A stretch of DNA of 61,645 bases, counting the filler. It is 3 parts of 3 records of this genome, joined end to end, with 100 filler letters (N's around TTAATTAATTAA, not from the genome) between each part and the next. Parts side by side here need not be neighbours in the genome. Positions count along the whole stretch, not along the records: positions 1 to 27,945 come from SRR31156797_6720; positions 28,046 to 52,789 come from SRR31156797_6724; 1 more part is not named here. One strand, written 5' to 3'. The position numbers and the translations under genes are program-made. Positions 19,663 to 28,559 of this stretch are shown here, in pieces; position 1 is the first letter of the stretch, and each line of letters starts with the position of its first letter. A model generated the notes under the pieces. It did no database searches. It had not been told where the DNA came from and saw only the letters and a list, made by a program, of their open reading frames with translations.

Positions 19663-19914
19663 ATGTCAAAACCGAACAAGAAACAACCGACGAAAACAGT
19701 CGATATCTACTGCAGTAAGTGCAAAACCCAGTTATTGAAGTATCGAAAAGCCGGTAAAGGTTCGTTGGTTAAGTGCTTTAAAGAGCGAGTTGTCGAGTCT
19801 TATGTCGTAGAGCACGGTAAGTGTCCGAAATGTGGTAGTGAATTCGCCCGAGAAGCATTAATCAGGGGAACACCAGCCTACAAAATGATTGGTGGGAAAA
19901 CGGTTGTAAAATAG
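19663..19914 (+). CDS. Small basic zinc-ribbon protein
   Basis: CSKC and CPKC pairs; Lys-rich; starts 2 nt after the SgrR-family stop. Confidence 0.78.
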   Translation: MSKPNKKQPTKTVDIYCSKCKTQLLKYRKAGKGSLVKCFKERVVESYVVEHGKCPKCGSEFAREALIRGTPAYKMIGGKTVVK

Positions 19915-20116
19915 ACAGCGGTTCATTTATTTCTGGCTATTAATGACTAAAAACTCAACAATAACGTGTATTTATTAACAATTAAATGCCAAATTTGATC
20001 AAGCTCGATAAAATAGTTAATTATTGTGTTAATAAGTTTCTTAATTTATTAAAAGTGTTAGAATTAGCCCGACTTAGTTTGATACGTAAAATTACTAATT
20101 ATCCATTGGAGTTGTT

Positions 20117-20194
20117 ATGGAATTAGCACTTATCATCACTTTTATCATCGCGGCTGCTGTCATGGTGAAAAAAGAGATGACAGAAAACCAATAA
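20117..20194 (+). CDS. Small membrane peptide, 25 aa (absent from ORF track)
   Basis: GGAG RBS; MELALIITFIIAAAVMVKKEMTENQ; own AT-rich upstream region and terminator. Confidence 0.68.
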   Translation: MELALIITFIIAAAVMVKKEMTENQ

Positions 20195-20248
20195 TTTATC
20201 GCATTCTACATTTTTTTATTCCTTTTTTGGATGCAATAAAGCCCAAGT

Positions 20249-20276
20249 AAAAAGCCAGCTACTGCTGGCTTTTTTT
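20249..20276 (+). terminator. Intrinsic terminator
   Basis: AAAAAGCCAGC-tact-GCTGGCTTTTTTT. Confidence 0.88.
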
Positions 20277-20419
20277 GTATGGTTAAAAAATTTCTAAAGT
20301 TTTAAACAGTACAAAATCAGGTTACTATCGCTTTATCAGTGAGTTATTTCTAACTAAAAATACTGTAACGACGGTTAGTTTGACAGTAGGTTACAGCATT
20401 ACCCAAAAGGATATTTGTC

Positions 20420-21307
20420 TTGCATAGTCCGATTACTCTCGAAGCACTACATATACTGGATGCGATTGACCGACGTGGGAGCTTTGCTTCAGCGGCAAAT
20501 GAGCTGAACCGAGCGCCGAGCTCATTGAGTTATCAAATTCAAAAGTTAGAGCAAGATTTAGATATCATGATCTTTGATCGCTCTGGCCATAAAGCGAATT
20601 TTACGGAAGCCGGAAAGCTTATCTTGGAACGTGGCAGAGCAATATTGTCAGCTACCGACAAGTTGGTTAATGATGCGACTCTACTCGCGAATGGTTGGGA
20701 GCTAGACATTACCTTAGCATTTGATGGCATTGTTCCAGTTGCTTGCTTTTTTCCATTAGTGGAAGCTTTGGGTAATGTGAGTAAAACACGCATTCGATTA
20801 CAAGAAGAGATCTTGGCCGGGTGCTGGGAATCCTTAGCCAGCGACCGTGCGGATTTGTTGATTTGTCCAAAAGTCGATACGTTACCGCAAGACGTGAAAT
20901 CTGAAGTGCTCGGCAATATGACTATGATTTGGGTTGCAGCATCAGACCATTATGTACATAAACGCAGTGGTGAGTTTAACGATGAGTCTCGTCAAAAATA
21001 CCGCATTATTGCGATTGCGGATACCGCGCGTGATCAACCGGCAATGAGTGTCAATATTCTGGAGAAGCAGCCTAGATTAACGGTGACCAACTTCAATGCT
21101 AAATGTCAGGCGCTGGTGGACGGCTTAGGTATAGGATCATTGCCTAAGCATGTTGCTGAGCCTTTAATTGAGCAAGGTAAACTGAAAATGATCAGTGGAA
21201 CGGAAGCGTGGGATATGGAGATCATAATGGCCTGGCGACGTAATAAAATAGGCGAAGCCAAATCATGGTGTATTCAATACCTTAAGAAAAACTGGCAATT
21301 GGTATAA
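20420..21307 (+). CDS. LysR family regulator (YhaJ-like)
   Basis: LDAIDRRGSFASAA...PSSLSYQIQKLE; GWE; AIADTAR; TTG start after AAGG. Confidence 0.93.
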   Translation: MHSPITLEALHILDAIDRRGSFASAANELNRAPSSLSYQIQKLEQDLDIMIFDRSGHKANFTEAGKLILERGRAILSATDKLVNDATLLANGWELDITLAFDGIVPVACFFPLVEALGNVSKTRIRLQEEILAGCWESLASDRADLLICPKVDTLPQDVKSEVLGNMTMIWVAASDHYVHKRSGEFNDESRQKYRIIAIADTARDQPAMSVNILEKQPRLTVTNFNAKCQALVDGLGIGSLPKHVAEPLIEQGKLKMISGTEAWDMEIIMAWRRNKIGEAKSWCIQYLKKNWQLV

Positions 21308-21316
21308 CAGTCAGCA

Positions 21317-21344
21317 AAGGCGGTTAATTTTCAGTAACCGCCTT
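21317..21344. terminator. Hairpin terminator between convergent genes
   Basis: AAGGCGGTTA...TAACCGCCTT. Confidence 0.7.
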
Positions 21345-21354
21345 AAGTTACCCT

Positions 21355-24039
21355 CTAACGGTTGAGCACGAGAACCATGTCTGCCGTACCATCTTCAAAA
21401 TGAACATCGATTTCAAACCCGAGTTTTTGTGCTAACGTCAACATTCCCCGGTTGGTCGGCATGGTCATTCCTGATATTTGAGCTGTTCCCTTCGAGCGGC
21501 AATAGTCGATGATTTTACTCATTAAAATTTTACCCAATCCTTTGCCTTTAATGTCGGTTCGAATCAGTATCGCGAATTCCGCGTCAGTATTCTCCGGGTT
21601 AATCAGTGCTCGGGAGACACCAATTATCTGTTCATCACCCTCAGATTTACTGACCGCAACGAAGGCCATTTCACGGTCATAATCGATTTGGGTCAAATTA
21701 GCTAATGCTTCGTGGTTGAACTCTCCAACATCTGAAAAGAAGCGTTTGTAGAGATCTTCTTTACTTACTTTCTTGATGAATTCAGCATGGCTTGGTTCAT
21801 CTTCTGGCAGGATAGGGCGTACAACAATTTGTTCACCGTCTTTAGTTAAACACTCTTCGACCATTTCGGTTGGGTATGGCCGAACGGCAAGGCGACTTTG
21901 CGCATCACCGTTAAATGGTTTAAGAGTTAAATCAGCATCCAGAATGGTAAATTGATCGCCATTGACTAACACTGGGTGAAGATCCAGTTCGTGCACCTGA
22001 GGGCATTCGACGATCATTTGCGATATTCTCACTAAAAATTCAGATAACCCATTGATATCAATTGGAACAGGTAATTTCTGCAAGCGAATGTTGCCCCGTT
22101 TAATTGCCCGAACAATAAGATAACGTGCCAGAGTCATATTCAGCGGTGGGAGTGCCGCTGTCGCATCTATGGCTTCATTCCATTCTGATCCGCCTTGACC
22201 TAACAAGATCACTGGGCCAAATGTATTATCGTGTTTTACCTTTATTCTTAACTCTTCCCCCCCAGCCAGCCTTGCCATTCCTTGCACTACTAAACCATGA
22301 ATGTTGGCAGATGGAAAACGCAACATAGTGCGATCTAAAATGGCATGGGCAGCACTGGATACCTCTTGACTGTTTCTCAGGTTAAGCATGACACCCTGAA
22401 CATCAGATTTATGTGCAATGTCAGGGGAGCGAAGTTTTACCGCGACTGGGTAACCAATGGTTTCCGCAATATGTACCGCTTCACTGGAGTCAGATGCAAT
22501 CCATGTAGGTAAGATGTTAAAGTTGAAGCACTTTAAGAAATTACCTATTTGATGGGTATCAAGATGTAAGCTCTTTGCTTCGGCTAAATGTTCTTCAATC
22601 CAGCTATGCGCCGTATTAATTTCTGATACGTGAACCGATTCTGAGGTTGTCGGTGTCTCCATCAGTTGCTTTTGGTTTCGTCTATATTCCACAAGGTGCA
22701 TGAAGGCTACAACGGCGCTTTCTGGTGTGCGATAAGTGGGGATACCAGCTTGATTAAATAGCTGTCTTGCCGGTTTCGCGGTGAGTTCGCCAGACCAATT
22801 GGTGAGAATATTAAATCTTCTTGAGCGAGGGTGAGCTTTTATTGTATCAATCACTGCTTTTGCCGTTTCTTCTGAATGAGCTATCGCCGAAGGGCTATGC
22901 ATAATCAGTATTGCGTCAATGTTATCACTGTCTAAAACGGCTTCTAACGCACTCACATAACGATTTTGACCAGCATCACCGACGATATCGATGGGATTAC
23001 TGTGTGACCAACTTTGAGGAAGTGCTTTGTTGAGCTTTTCTATCACTAAATCGTCGAGTTCGGCAAGGCGACCACCATGGTCGAGTAGTGTATCTGTGGC
23101 CATAATGGCTGGCCCGCCACCGTTAGTAATGATGGCTAAACGTTCACCACGCAGAGGGACAGAGTGTGTAAGAGTTTCTACGGCTGCAAACAGTTCATGC
23201 GTATTATTAACACGTAACATACCGGTACGTCTGATTGCCGAATCATAAATAATGTCTAATGTGTCGTCACCACCCGTATGCATTTGGGCTGCTTTTTTCC
23301 CCGCATTGGTACGTCCACCTTTTAGAACCAATATGCGACGGTTACGAGAGGCTGCCCGTGCCGCCGACATAAAGCGTCTAGCGTCGCGAATGGTATCGAC
23401 GTAGAGCAAAATGGCATCGGTATGTTTATCTGTACTTAGACAGTCGAGTAAATCTGCGAAATCGATATCACTGGCATTGCCCAAAGAAACAAATGCAGAA
23501 AAGCCGATTTGCTTGTCATTCGCCCAATCTAAAATGGTTGTGCATACTGCAGCAGATTGTGAAATAAACGCGATGTTTCCACGATAAGCGGTAACTGGAG
23601 AGAATGAACCATTAAAGTTTACCCAGGGCAAAATTAATCCTAGGCTATTTGGTCCGAGGATTCTTATGCCTGCCTGTTTGGCTATTTGGTTACATTGTGC
23701 TTGGATCTCATTGCCTTGAGCATCGGCTGTGTACATATCGGAAGAGAGCACAATGACATTCGCAACACCTAATTCTGCCAATTGATTAAATATTTGAACG
23801 TTGCGACTGGCATGAGTACAAAGAATCGCGATATCTGGCGTTAAGGGAAGGTCACTGATTGTTTTATAGGCGAGCACGCCACATACCGACGGATAATAGG
23901 GTGTTACTGGCATGATCGCACCGTCAAATCCGCCTTGAAGTAAGTTCTTCATGACAACATTACCGGCTCGAAATGGACGAATTGATGCGCCAATAACAGC
24001 GACGGATTTAGGGTTAAGTAATTGATTCAAATTATTCAT
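21355..24039 (-). CDS. yfiQ: Protein lysine acetyltransferase (acyl-CoA synthetase-like domains plus GNAT; Pat/PatZ/YfiQ)
   Basis: PKSVAVIGAS, GPNSLG, HKSDVQGV; C-terminal GNAT with QIDYDREMA and GKGLG. Confidence 0.93.
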   Translation of the reverse strand: MNNLNQLLNPKSVAVIGASIRPFRAGNVVMKNLLQGGFDGAIMPVTPYYPSVCGVLAYKTISDLPLTPDIAILCTHASRNVQIFNQLAELGVANVIVLSSDMYTADAQGNEIQAQCNQIAKQAGIRILGPNSLGLILPWVNFNGSFSPVTAYRGNIAFISQSAAVCTTILDWANDKQIGFSAFVSLGNASDIDFADLLDCLSTDKHTDAILLYVDTIRDARRFMSAARAASRNRRILVLKGGRTNAGKKAAQMHTGGDDTLDIIYDSAIRRTGMLRVNNTHELFAAVETLTHSVPLRGERLAIITNGGGPAIMATDTLLDHGGRLAELDDLVIEKLNKALPQSWSHSNPIDIVGDAGQNRYVSALEAVLDSDNIDAILIMHSPSAIAHSEETAKAVIDTIKAHPRSRRFNILTNWSGELTAKPARQLFNQAGIPTYRTPESAVVAFMHLVEYRRNQKQLMETPTTSESVHVSEINTAHSWIEEHLAEAKSLHLDTHQIGNFLKCFNFNILPTWIASDSSEAVHIAETIGYPVAVKLRSPDIAHKSDVQGVMLNLRNSQEVSSAAHAILDRTMLRFPSANIHGLVVQGMARLAGGEELRIKVKHDNTFGPVILLGQGGSEWNEAIDATAALPPLNMTLARYLIVRAIKRGNIRLQKLPVPIDINGLSEFLVRISQMIVECPQVHELDLHPVLVNGDQFTILDADLTLKPFNGDAQSRLAVRPYPTEMVEECLTKDGEQIVVRPILPEDEPSHAEFIKKVSKEDLYKRFFSDVGEFNHEALANLTQIDYDREMAFVAVSKSEGDEQIIGVSRALINPENTDAEFAILIRTDIKGKGLGKILMSKIIDYCRSKGTAQISGMTMPTNRGMLTLAQKLGFEIDVHFEDGTADMVLVLNR

Positions 24040-24115
24040 AGTTATCCCGCCACATGTTGACTATGTTTATATCGTAACCAATAAAGCGAAATCCTGTACG
24101 CGAATTTAGTATCGC

Positions 24116-24164
24116 TGTGATCATGACTACATCAATCAAATTTGACTTTGTGTGCTAAATCACA
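24116..24164. promoter_or_regulatory. Two CRP-like sites in the pat/SPOR divergent region
   Basis: TGTGA-tcatga-CTACA (24116-24131) and TGTGT-gctaaa-TCACA (24149-24164). Confidence 0.55.
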
Positions 24165-24258
24165 TGAAAGTGTTATATATTAATAACGTATGCTTGATTC
24201 TCATCGCGGCTATCGGCATGATTTAACTTAACTACTATTAGAGCGTTAAAAAGAATCC

Positions 24259-24837
24259 ATGAAAAAAATTGTATTAATTGGTTTGTCAGCACTTCTTGCG
24301 GCATGTTCTTCAGGAACGTACATGACAGATGTTACTTCAGAAACTCACCGTGAAGAATACAATGTAGCCACTGTTCAGCAACCTGTGGTTTCTGATACAG
24401 GTATGGCAGCGGGTATTACTGAGCAAAATGTTCAACCAGCTATCGTTCAAACGTCTCCTCAGCCGATAGCGACAAAAACAGTGATTAAAACCTCTCCTAA
24501 GGCAGAAAGTGTTGCAATTACACCGCCAACCGCTAAGCAAGTTGCAATGAACCCTCGCTATGGCTTTACTGTTCAAGTTGTTGCCGTAGGTAGCCAAAAC
24601 AAAGTAGATCAATTTGCGACTAAATTACCTAAGAATGGTCAGCCTATTTGGGAAAACTACAAAGTCGTAAATGGTACAAAATGGTACACAATTCTGTTTG
24701 GCGATTACGCAACGCGCCAAGAAGCTACCCAAGCCATCTCTGAACTTCCAGCTGATTTCCAACAGCTAAAGCCATTCGTGAAAAGTATTGACGCAATTAA
24801 GAATTCTGAGTTCCCAACGCTCAATAAGCTAAATTAG
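24259..24837 (+). CDS. SPOR domain lipoprotein
   Basis: Lipobox LAAC; FTVQVVA...WYTILFGDYATRQEA...KPFVKS. Confidence 0.88.
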   Translation: MKKIVLIGLSALLAACSSGTYMTDVTSETHREEYNVATVQQPVVSDTGMAAGITEQNVQPAIVQTSPQPIATKTVIKTSPKAESVAITPPTAKQVAMNPRYGFTVQVVAVGSQNKVDQFATKLPKNGQPIWENYKVVNGTKWYTILFGDYATRQEATQAISELPADFQQLKPFVKSIDAIKNSEFPTLNKLN

Positions 24838-24854
24838 TTCATTCATAAAGACAC

Positions 24855-24879
24855 AAAGGGGCCGATTAGCCCCTTTTTT
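24855..24879 (+). terminator. Intrinsic terminator
   Basis: AAAGGGGC-cgatta-GCCCCTTT plus T-run. Confidence 0.8.
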
Positions 24880-24988
24880 GTCTGTTCTCTGACCATTCAA
24901 TCACCAGAAACTAAGTCTAACGGTGTAAGTTAGTAAAGAATTGACTATGATGGTCAGGATTTAAAATTAGTGTCTCGGAAACATTAAA

Positions 24989-25993
24989 ATGACAAACACA
25001 ACCATTCTTCTTTTGTGTGGCGGTGGCTCTTCAGAACATGAAGTGTCACTGGTTTCAGCCAACTATCTACAACAACAACTTGGTTTAACCCCTGAGTTTG
25101 ACGTCATCCGTGTTGAGATGAACAAGGATGGTTGGTTTACGGAAAACAATGAACTTGTCTACTTAGATACTAATTCTGCCTGCTTAAATGGCGAGTCACT
25201 CAATAAAAAAATCGATTTTGTTGTGCCATGTATTCATGGTTACCCAGGTGAAACGGGTGATATCCAATCTATGTTGGAGTTAACCGGTATTCCATATTTA
25301 GGTTGTGGACCTGAAGCAAGTACCAATAGCTTCAACAAGATCACTTCAAAGCTTTGGTATGACGCGTTAGGTATTCCCAATACTCCTTATCTGTTTTTAA
25401 CAGAGAACACATCAACCTCACATCAACAAGCACTGCATGCCTTTGATAAGTGGGGAAAAATCTTTGTTAAAGCTGCACGTCAGGGCTCTTCAGTTGGTTG
25501 TTACAAGGTCACTAAACGCGATGAGGTTGTTTCGTCGGTTGAAGCTGCGTTTGGATTCTCTGAGCAAGTTCTGATTGAAAAAGCGGTGAAACCGCGAGAG
25601 CTTGAAGTCGCCGCTTATGAATTTAATGGTGAACTTCACATCTCAAAACCTGGTGAGATTATCGCGCCCGAAGATGCGTTCTATAGCTACGAAGAAAAGT
25701 ATAGCTCTGATAGTCACTCAACCACTCACGTGGAAGCGGGCAACCTGAGCGATGAGCAACAGACAGTTATTCTTAACGCAGCTCAAAAAGTGTTTACCCA
25801 TATGAAGCTGAGACACCTGTCTCGCATCGACTTCTTTTTAACTACTGAAGGCGACGTTTATCTTAACGAAGTCAATACCTTCCCGGGGATGACCCCGATC
25901 TCGATGTTCCCTAAAATGCTAGAAAATAATGGTCACAAGTTTTATCAGTTCTTGGCAAATTGTGTTCGCACTTCGGTTACTCCAAAGGTTTAA
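24989..25993 (+). CDS. ddl: D-alanine--D-alanine ligase
   Basis: GGGSSEHEVSL, IHGYPGE, GSSVG, RIDFF, NEVNTFPGMT. Confidence 0.96.
   Translation: MTNTTILLLCGGGSSEHEVSLVSANYLQQQLGLTPEFDVIRVEMNKDGWFTENNELVYLDTNSACLNGESLNKKIDFVVPCIHGYPGETGDIQSMLELTGIPYLGCGPEASTNSFNKITSKLWYDALGIPNTPYLFLTENTSTSHQQALHAFDKWGKIFVKAARQGSSVGCYKVTKRDEVVSSVEAAFGFSEQVLIEKAVKPRELEVAAYEFNGELHISKPGEIIAPEDAFYSYEEKYSSDSHSTTHVEAGNLSDEQQTVILNAAQKVFTHMKLRHLSRIDFFLTTEGDVYLNEVNTFPGMTPISMFPKMLENNGHKFYQFLANCVRTSVTPKV
25500..25512. promoter_or_regulatory. matS-like site
   Basis: GTTACAAGGTCAC. Confidence 0.5.
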
Positions 25994-26936
25994 ACGCAAA
26001 GAACTTTAGTTTTTCCTGCTCAGCTGAGTTTACGTCGCCCAGATATTGATAGGGCATGGCTGGACTCAGCCAGCGACCAAAATCTTGTATATGCTTCGCT
26101 TTATAACCTTGAGCGGAGAGCTCTTTCACCGCGCCGATACGTGCTGATTGACCAGAAAATTTAAGTTCTGTGTTATCGAGTAACTTGCCTGCATTCCTCA
26201 AAATTCGAAAAATAGAAGAGTCGTCGAGCTTTTTATCCGAAATATTGCCGTGCCTATCTATGGAGCGAAATACGATTTCGTGACCATCACACAATAAAGT
26301 TAACCACTTTGATAGGCAAACATGTGCATTCTCTGACAAACTATAAGCCGATTGACCAAATGTTAGGGTGCTATTGGAAGGCGTTGATTGGATTTGAGAC
26401 AACGTAAATTGTTTCAAATCTGAGCGCTTTAAAGCGCATTCAAACATCACGTGATAAATAGCAAGATCTCGGATCATCTTAGTTGAAGGGTCATTATGAA
26501 ACTTTTCATAAAGAGAAAATAAATGAGTGCTGGTAAAGCTGGCTGCTTGTTGCTGATCCCCCTTTTTGTCAATGCGTAATAAAGAAAGCGATTGGCGCAC
26601 TTTAGCGTTCGCAGTGGGGTCTTTTTGATTTAACAGTTTGTGCATCATACTTATAGTGACATTGTAACGCCTTATCGTGTTGAACTTACGTGTTTTCGCC
26701 TCGTGTTCCAAGAATAAACGGACTGCAGTTACAGAAGCGGGAAGGGCTGTTACCGAACGAGAATGACAAAATTCTACAAACAAGTTCCAATCTTTTGTCA
26801 TAGCTAACAGAGAATTACGAGCATAAGCATGCTGAGTCAGCTCATTCATCTGTTCTAGATTTACCAATTGATTAAATTGAACTAAAGTTTGCTGCGAAAT
26901 ATTTTGAACTGTGACGCAAGTTAACTTTTTCTTCAT
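25977..26936 (-). CDS. Cre-like tyrosine recombinase/integrase family protein with altered catalytic residues
   Basis: SAM-like N-domain; ALKRSDL, FSGQSARIGA, GRWLSPAMPYQY; overlaps ddl 3' end by 17 nt. Confidence 0.88.
   Translation of the reverse strand: MKKKLTCVTVQNISQQTLVQFNQLVNLEQMNELTQHAYARNSLLAMTKDWNLFVEFCHSRSVTALPASVTAVRLFLEHEAKTRKFNTIRRYNVTISMMHKLLNQKDPTANAKVRQSLSLLRIDKKGDQQQAASFTSTHLFSLYEKFHNDPSTKMIRDLAIYHVMFECALKRSDLKQFTLSQIQSTPSNSTLTFGQSAYSLSENAHVCLSKWLTLLCDGHEIVFRSIDRHGNISDKKLDDSSIFRILRNAGKLLDNTELKFSGQSARIGAVKELSAQGYKAKHIQDFGRWLSPAMPYQYLGDVNSAEQEKLKFFAFKPLE
26656..26668. promoter_or_regulatory. matS-like site
   Basis: GTGACATTGTAAC. Confidence 0.55.
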
Positions 26937-27035
26937 CTTAGCGCACTATAACTTAAAGAATTTGTAAAGAATATACTTGATAACCATGCATTTACAATTA
27001 TTATTTACGTAATACTTAAATAAAGCGAGTTAACT

Positions 27036-27410
27036 ATGGCGAACGCATCTTATCGAGGCTTCACATTACAAACAGCTAAAAGTTCAGCGGATGTTTGGCA
27101 AGTTAGAGTTAAAAACCATGTGCTTAGTGGAAATCTAGCTGCTGTTAAAAAAAGTATAGATTGGTGGTGTGATACTGCACAACTGATTGATCCAAGTGAA
27201 TTTGAGTCTGTTGGTAAAAAACGCGCCGCAAGCGCAACAGTTGAAGAAAATTTCAACGGATTCACTTTAAAAAATGACACTGGTGAAGCGAATGCTTGGT
27301 ATTGTTTCTTCAATGGACGCTTGATTAAAGGTTCTAAGGTTGCATTGCAGAAACATATTGAGGCACACTTGATTGCAAAGCAACGAGCAGCTGCTCAACA
27401 GAGAAAATAA
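27036..27410 (+). CDS. DUF3319-like protein with two internal repeats
   Basis: YRGFTL...W...G...K.I motif occurs twice; KKSIDWWCD; directly upstream of yciH. Confidence 0.8.
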   Translation: MANASYRGFTLQTAKSSADVWQVRVKNHVLSGNLAAVKKSIDWWCDTAQLIDPSEFESVGKKRAASATVEENFNGFTLKNDTGEANAWYCFFNGRLIKGSKVALQKHIEAHLIAKQRAAAQQRK

Positions 27411-27420
27411 GTAGTATCCA

Positions 27421-27732
27421 ATGACTTTAGTATATTCAACCGAAACTGGCCGTATTAAGCAAGAACCTGAGAAAGTTGAGAGACCCAAAGGTGATGGCAT
27501 TGTACGAATTCACCGTGAAACAAAGGGGCGAAAAGGCAAAGGTGTAAGTATTGTTAAAGGACTTGACCTTGACGATGCTCCTTTGAAGCTTCTGGCGGCA
27601 GAATTAAAAAAAGTTTGTGGTTGTGGCGGAGCCATTAAAGACGGTGCAATTGAAATTCAGGGTGATATGCGAGATAAGATCAAAGCACATCTTGAAAAGA
27701 AAGGTATGAAAGTGAAACTCGCCGGCAGTTAA
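27421..27732 (+). CDS. yciH: Translation initiation factor SUI1 family YciH
   Basis: LVYSTETGRI, RETKGRKGKGV, KKVCGCGG, IEIQGD. Confidence 0.95.
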   Translation: MTLVYSTETGRIKQEPEKVERPKGDGIVRIHRETKGRKGKGVSIVKGLDLDDAPLKLLAAELKKVCGCGGAIKDGAIEIQGDMRDKIKAHLEKKGMKVKLAGS

Positions 27733-27764
27733 GCAAGTAGATTCTTGTATCTCATACTATTAGT

Positions 27765-27795
27765 AAGGCAACTCTATTAACGATGAGTTGCCTTT
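27765..27795 (+). terminator. Intrinsic terminator
   Basis: AAGGCAACTC...GAGTTGCCTT. Confidence 0.7.
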
Positions 27796-27945
27796 GTTAT
27801 ATCTGGCATGTTTGAAGAACAATAGATAGCTCTAGTGTATAACAAGCGCACATAAATACCGTTTAGCGACTCTCCATGAACTGTACGTATATATGTTTAC
27901 TAATGACTGCATTTGTAATCGAAGATGATAAATGTAGTTATTAGG

Positions 27946-28045
27946 NNNNNNNNNNNNNNNNNNNNNNNNNNNNNNNNNNNNNNNNNNNNTTAATTAATTA
28001 ANNNNNNNNNNNNNNNNNNNNNNNNNNNNNNNNNNNNNNNNNNNN
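27946..28045. other. Artificial contig spacer
   Basis: 44 N, TTAATTAATTAA (stops in all frames), 44 N; taxon changes across it. Confidence 0.99.
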
Positions 28046-28559
28046 ACTTAACAATAATACGTATAAAGAGTAGATGAGTTAGGAGATAGGGAGGATGTTT
28101 TAACATCAATCGCGATAGGTGAAATTACTGGAAACACTGTTTCTGTCAGTTCGTTAAAATCTTCACGAAATAGTAACTTTAAAAAGTTCCGCGAAAGTTA
28201 TAAGAAACAAAATCCACTGAAATATGAAATGTATATTGATAAAGGATATTAAGAAATGTAATCTGATATTACTAAAATCATAGTGAATATTTATAATAAA
28301 ATATATAACTGAGTGAATTGACAATTAAACTTGGGTTATTAATGTATGTCATGTTAAATTATAATAACTTTAATTTAATTACTCAGAATTTTGGAATTAA
28401 CCAATCATTTTTTCTATATTTAACCAGTAATAATTACAATTAAGGTAATTTTAATTGAATGTATGTTAGTAAATCCAAATTTTATTATAATTTTTATTAA
28501 CCTTTAAATTTAGAGCTATGCCTGACAAAGATGTAAAACCACCAACTAAGTAAGGAAAA

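Noticed and set aside
25977-27945. Prophage or integrative element around the recombinase
   Set aside because: Flanked by ddl and DUF3319-yciH; no phage genes, tRNA or att-like direct repeats seen
27990-28001. TTAATTAATTAA palindrome repeated at 52834-52845
   Set aside because: Synthetic all-frame stop linker inside N runs
28332-28359. dif-like TGGGTTATTAA-TGTATG-TCATGTTAAAT in contig B
   Set aside because: XerD arm is 10/11 but the XerC arm is poor and the region is very AT-rich; intergenic DNA to its right looks G-rich on +, which argues against a terminus here
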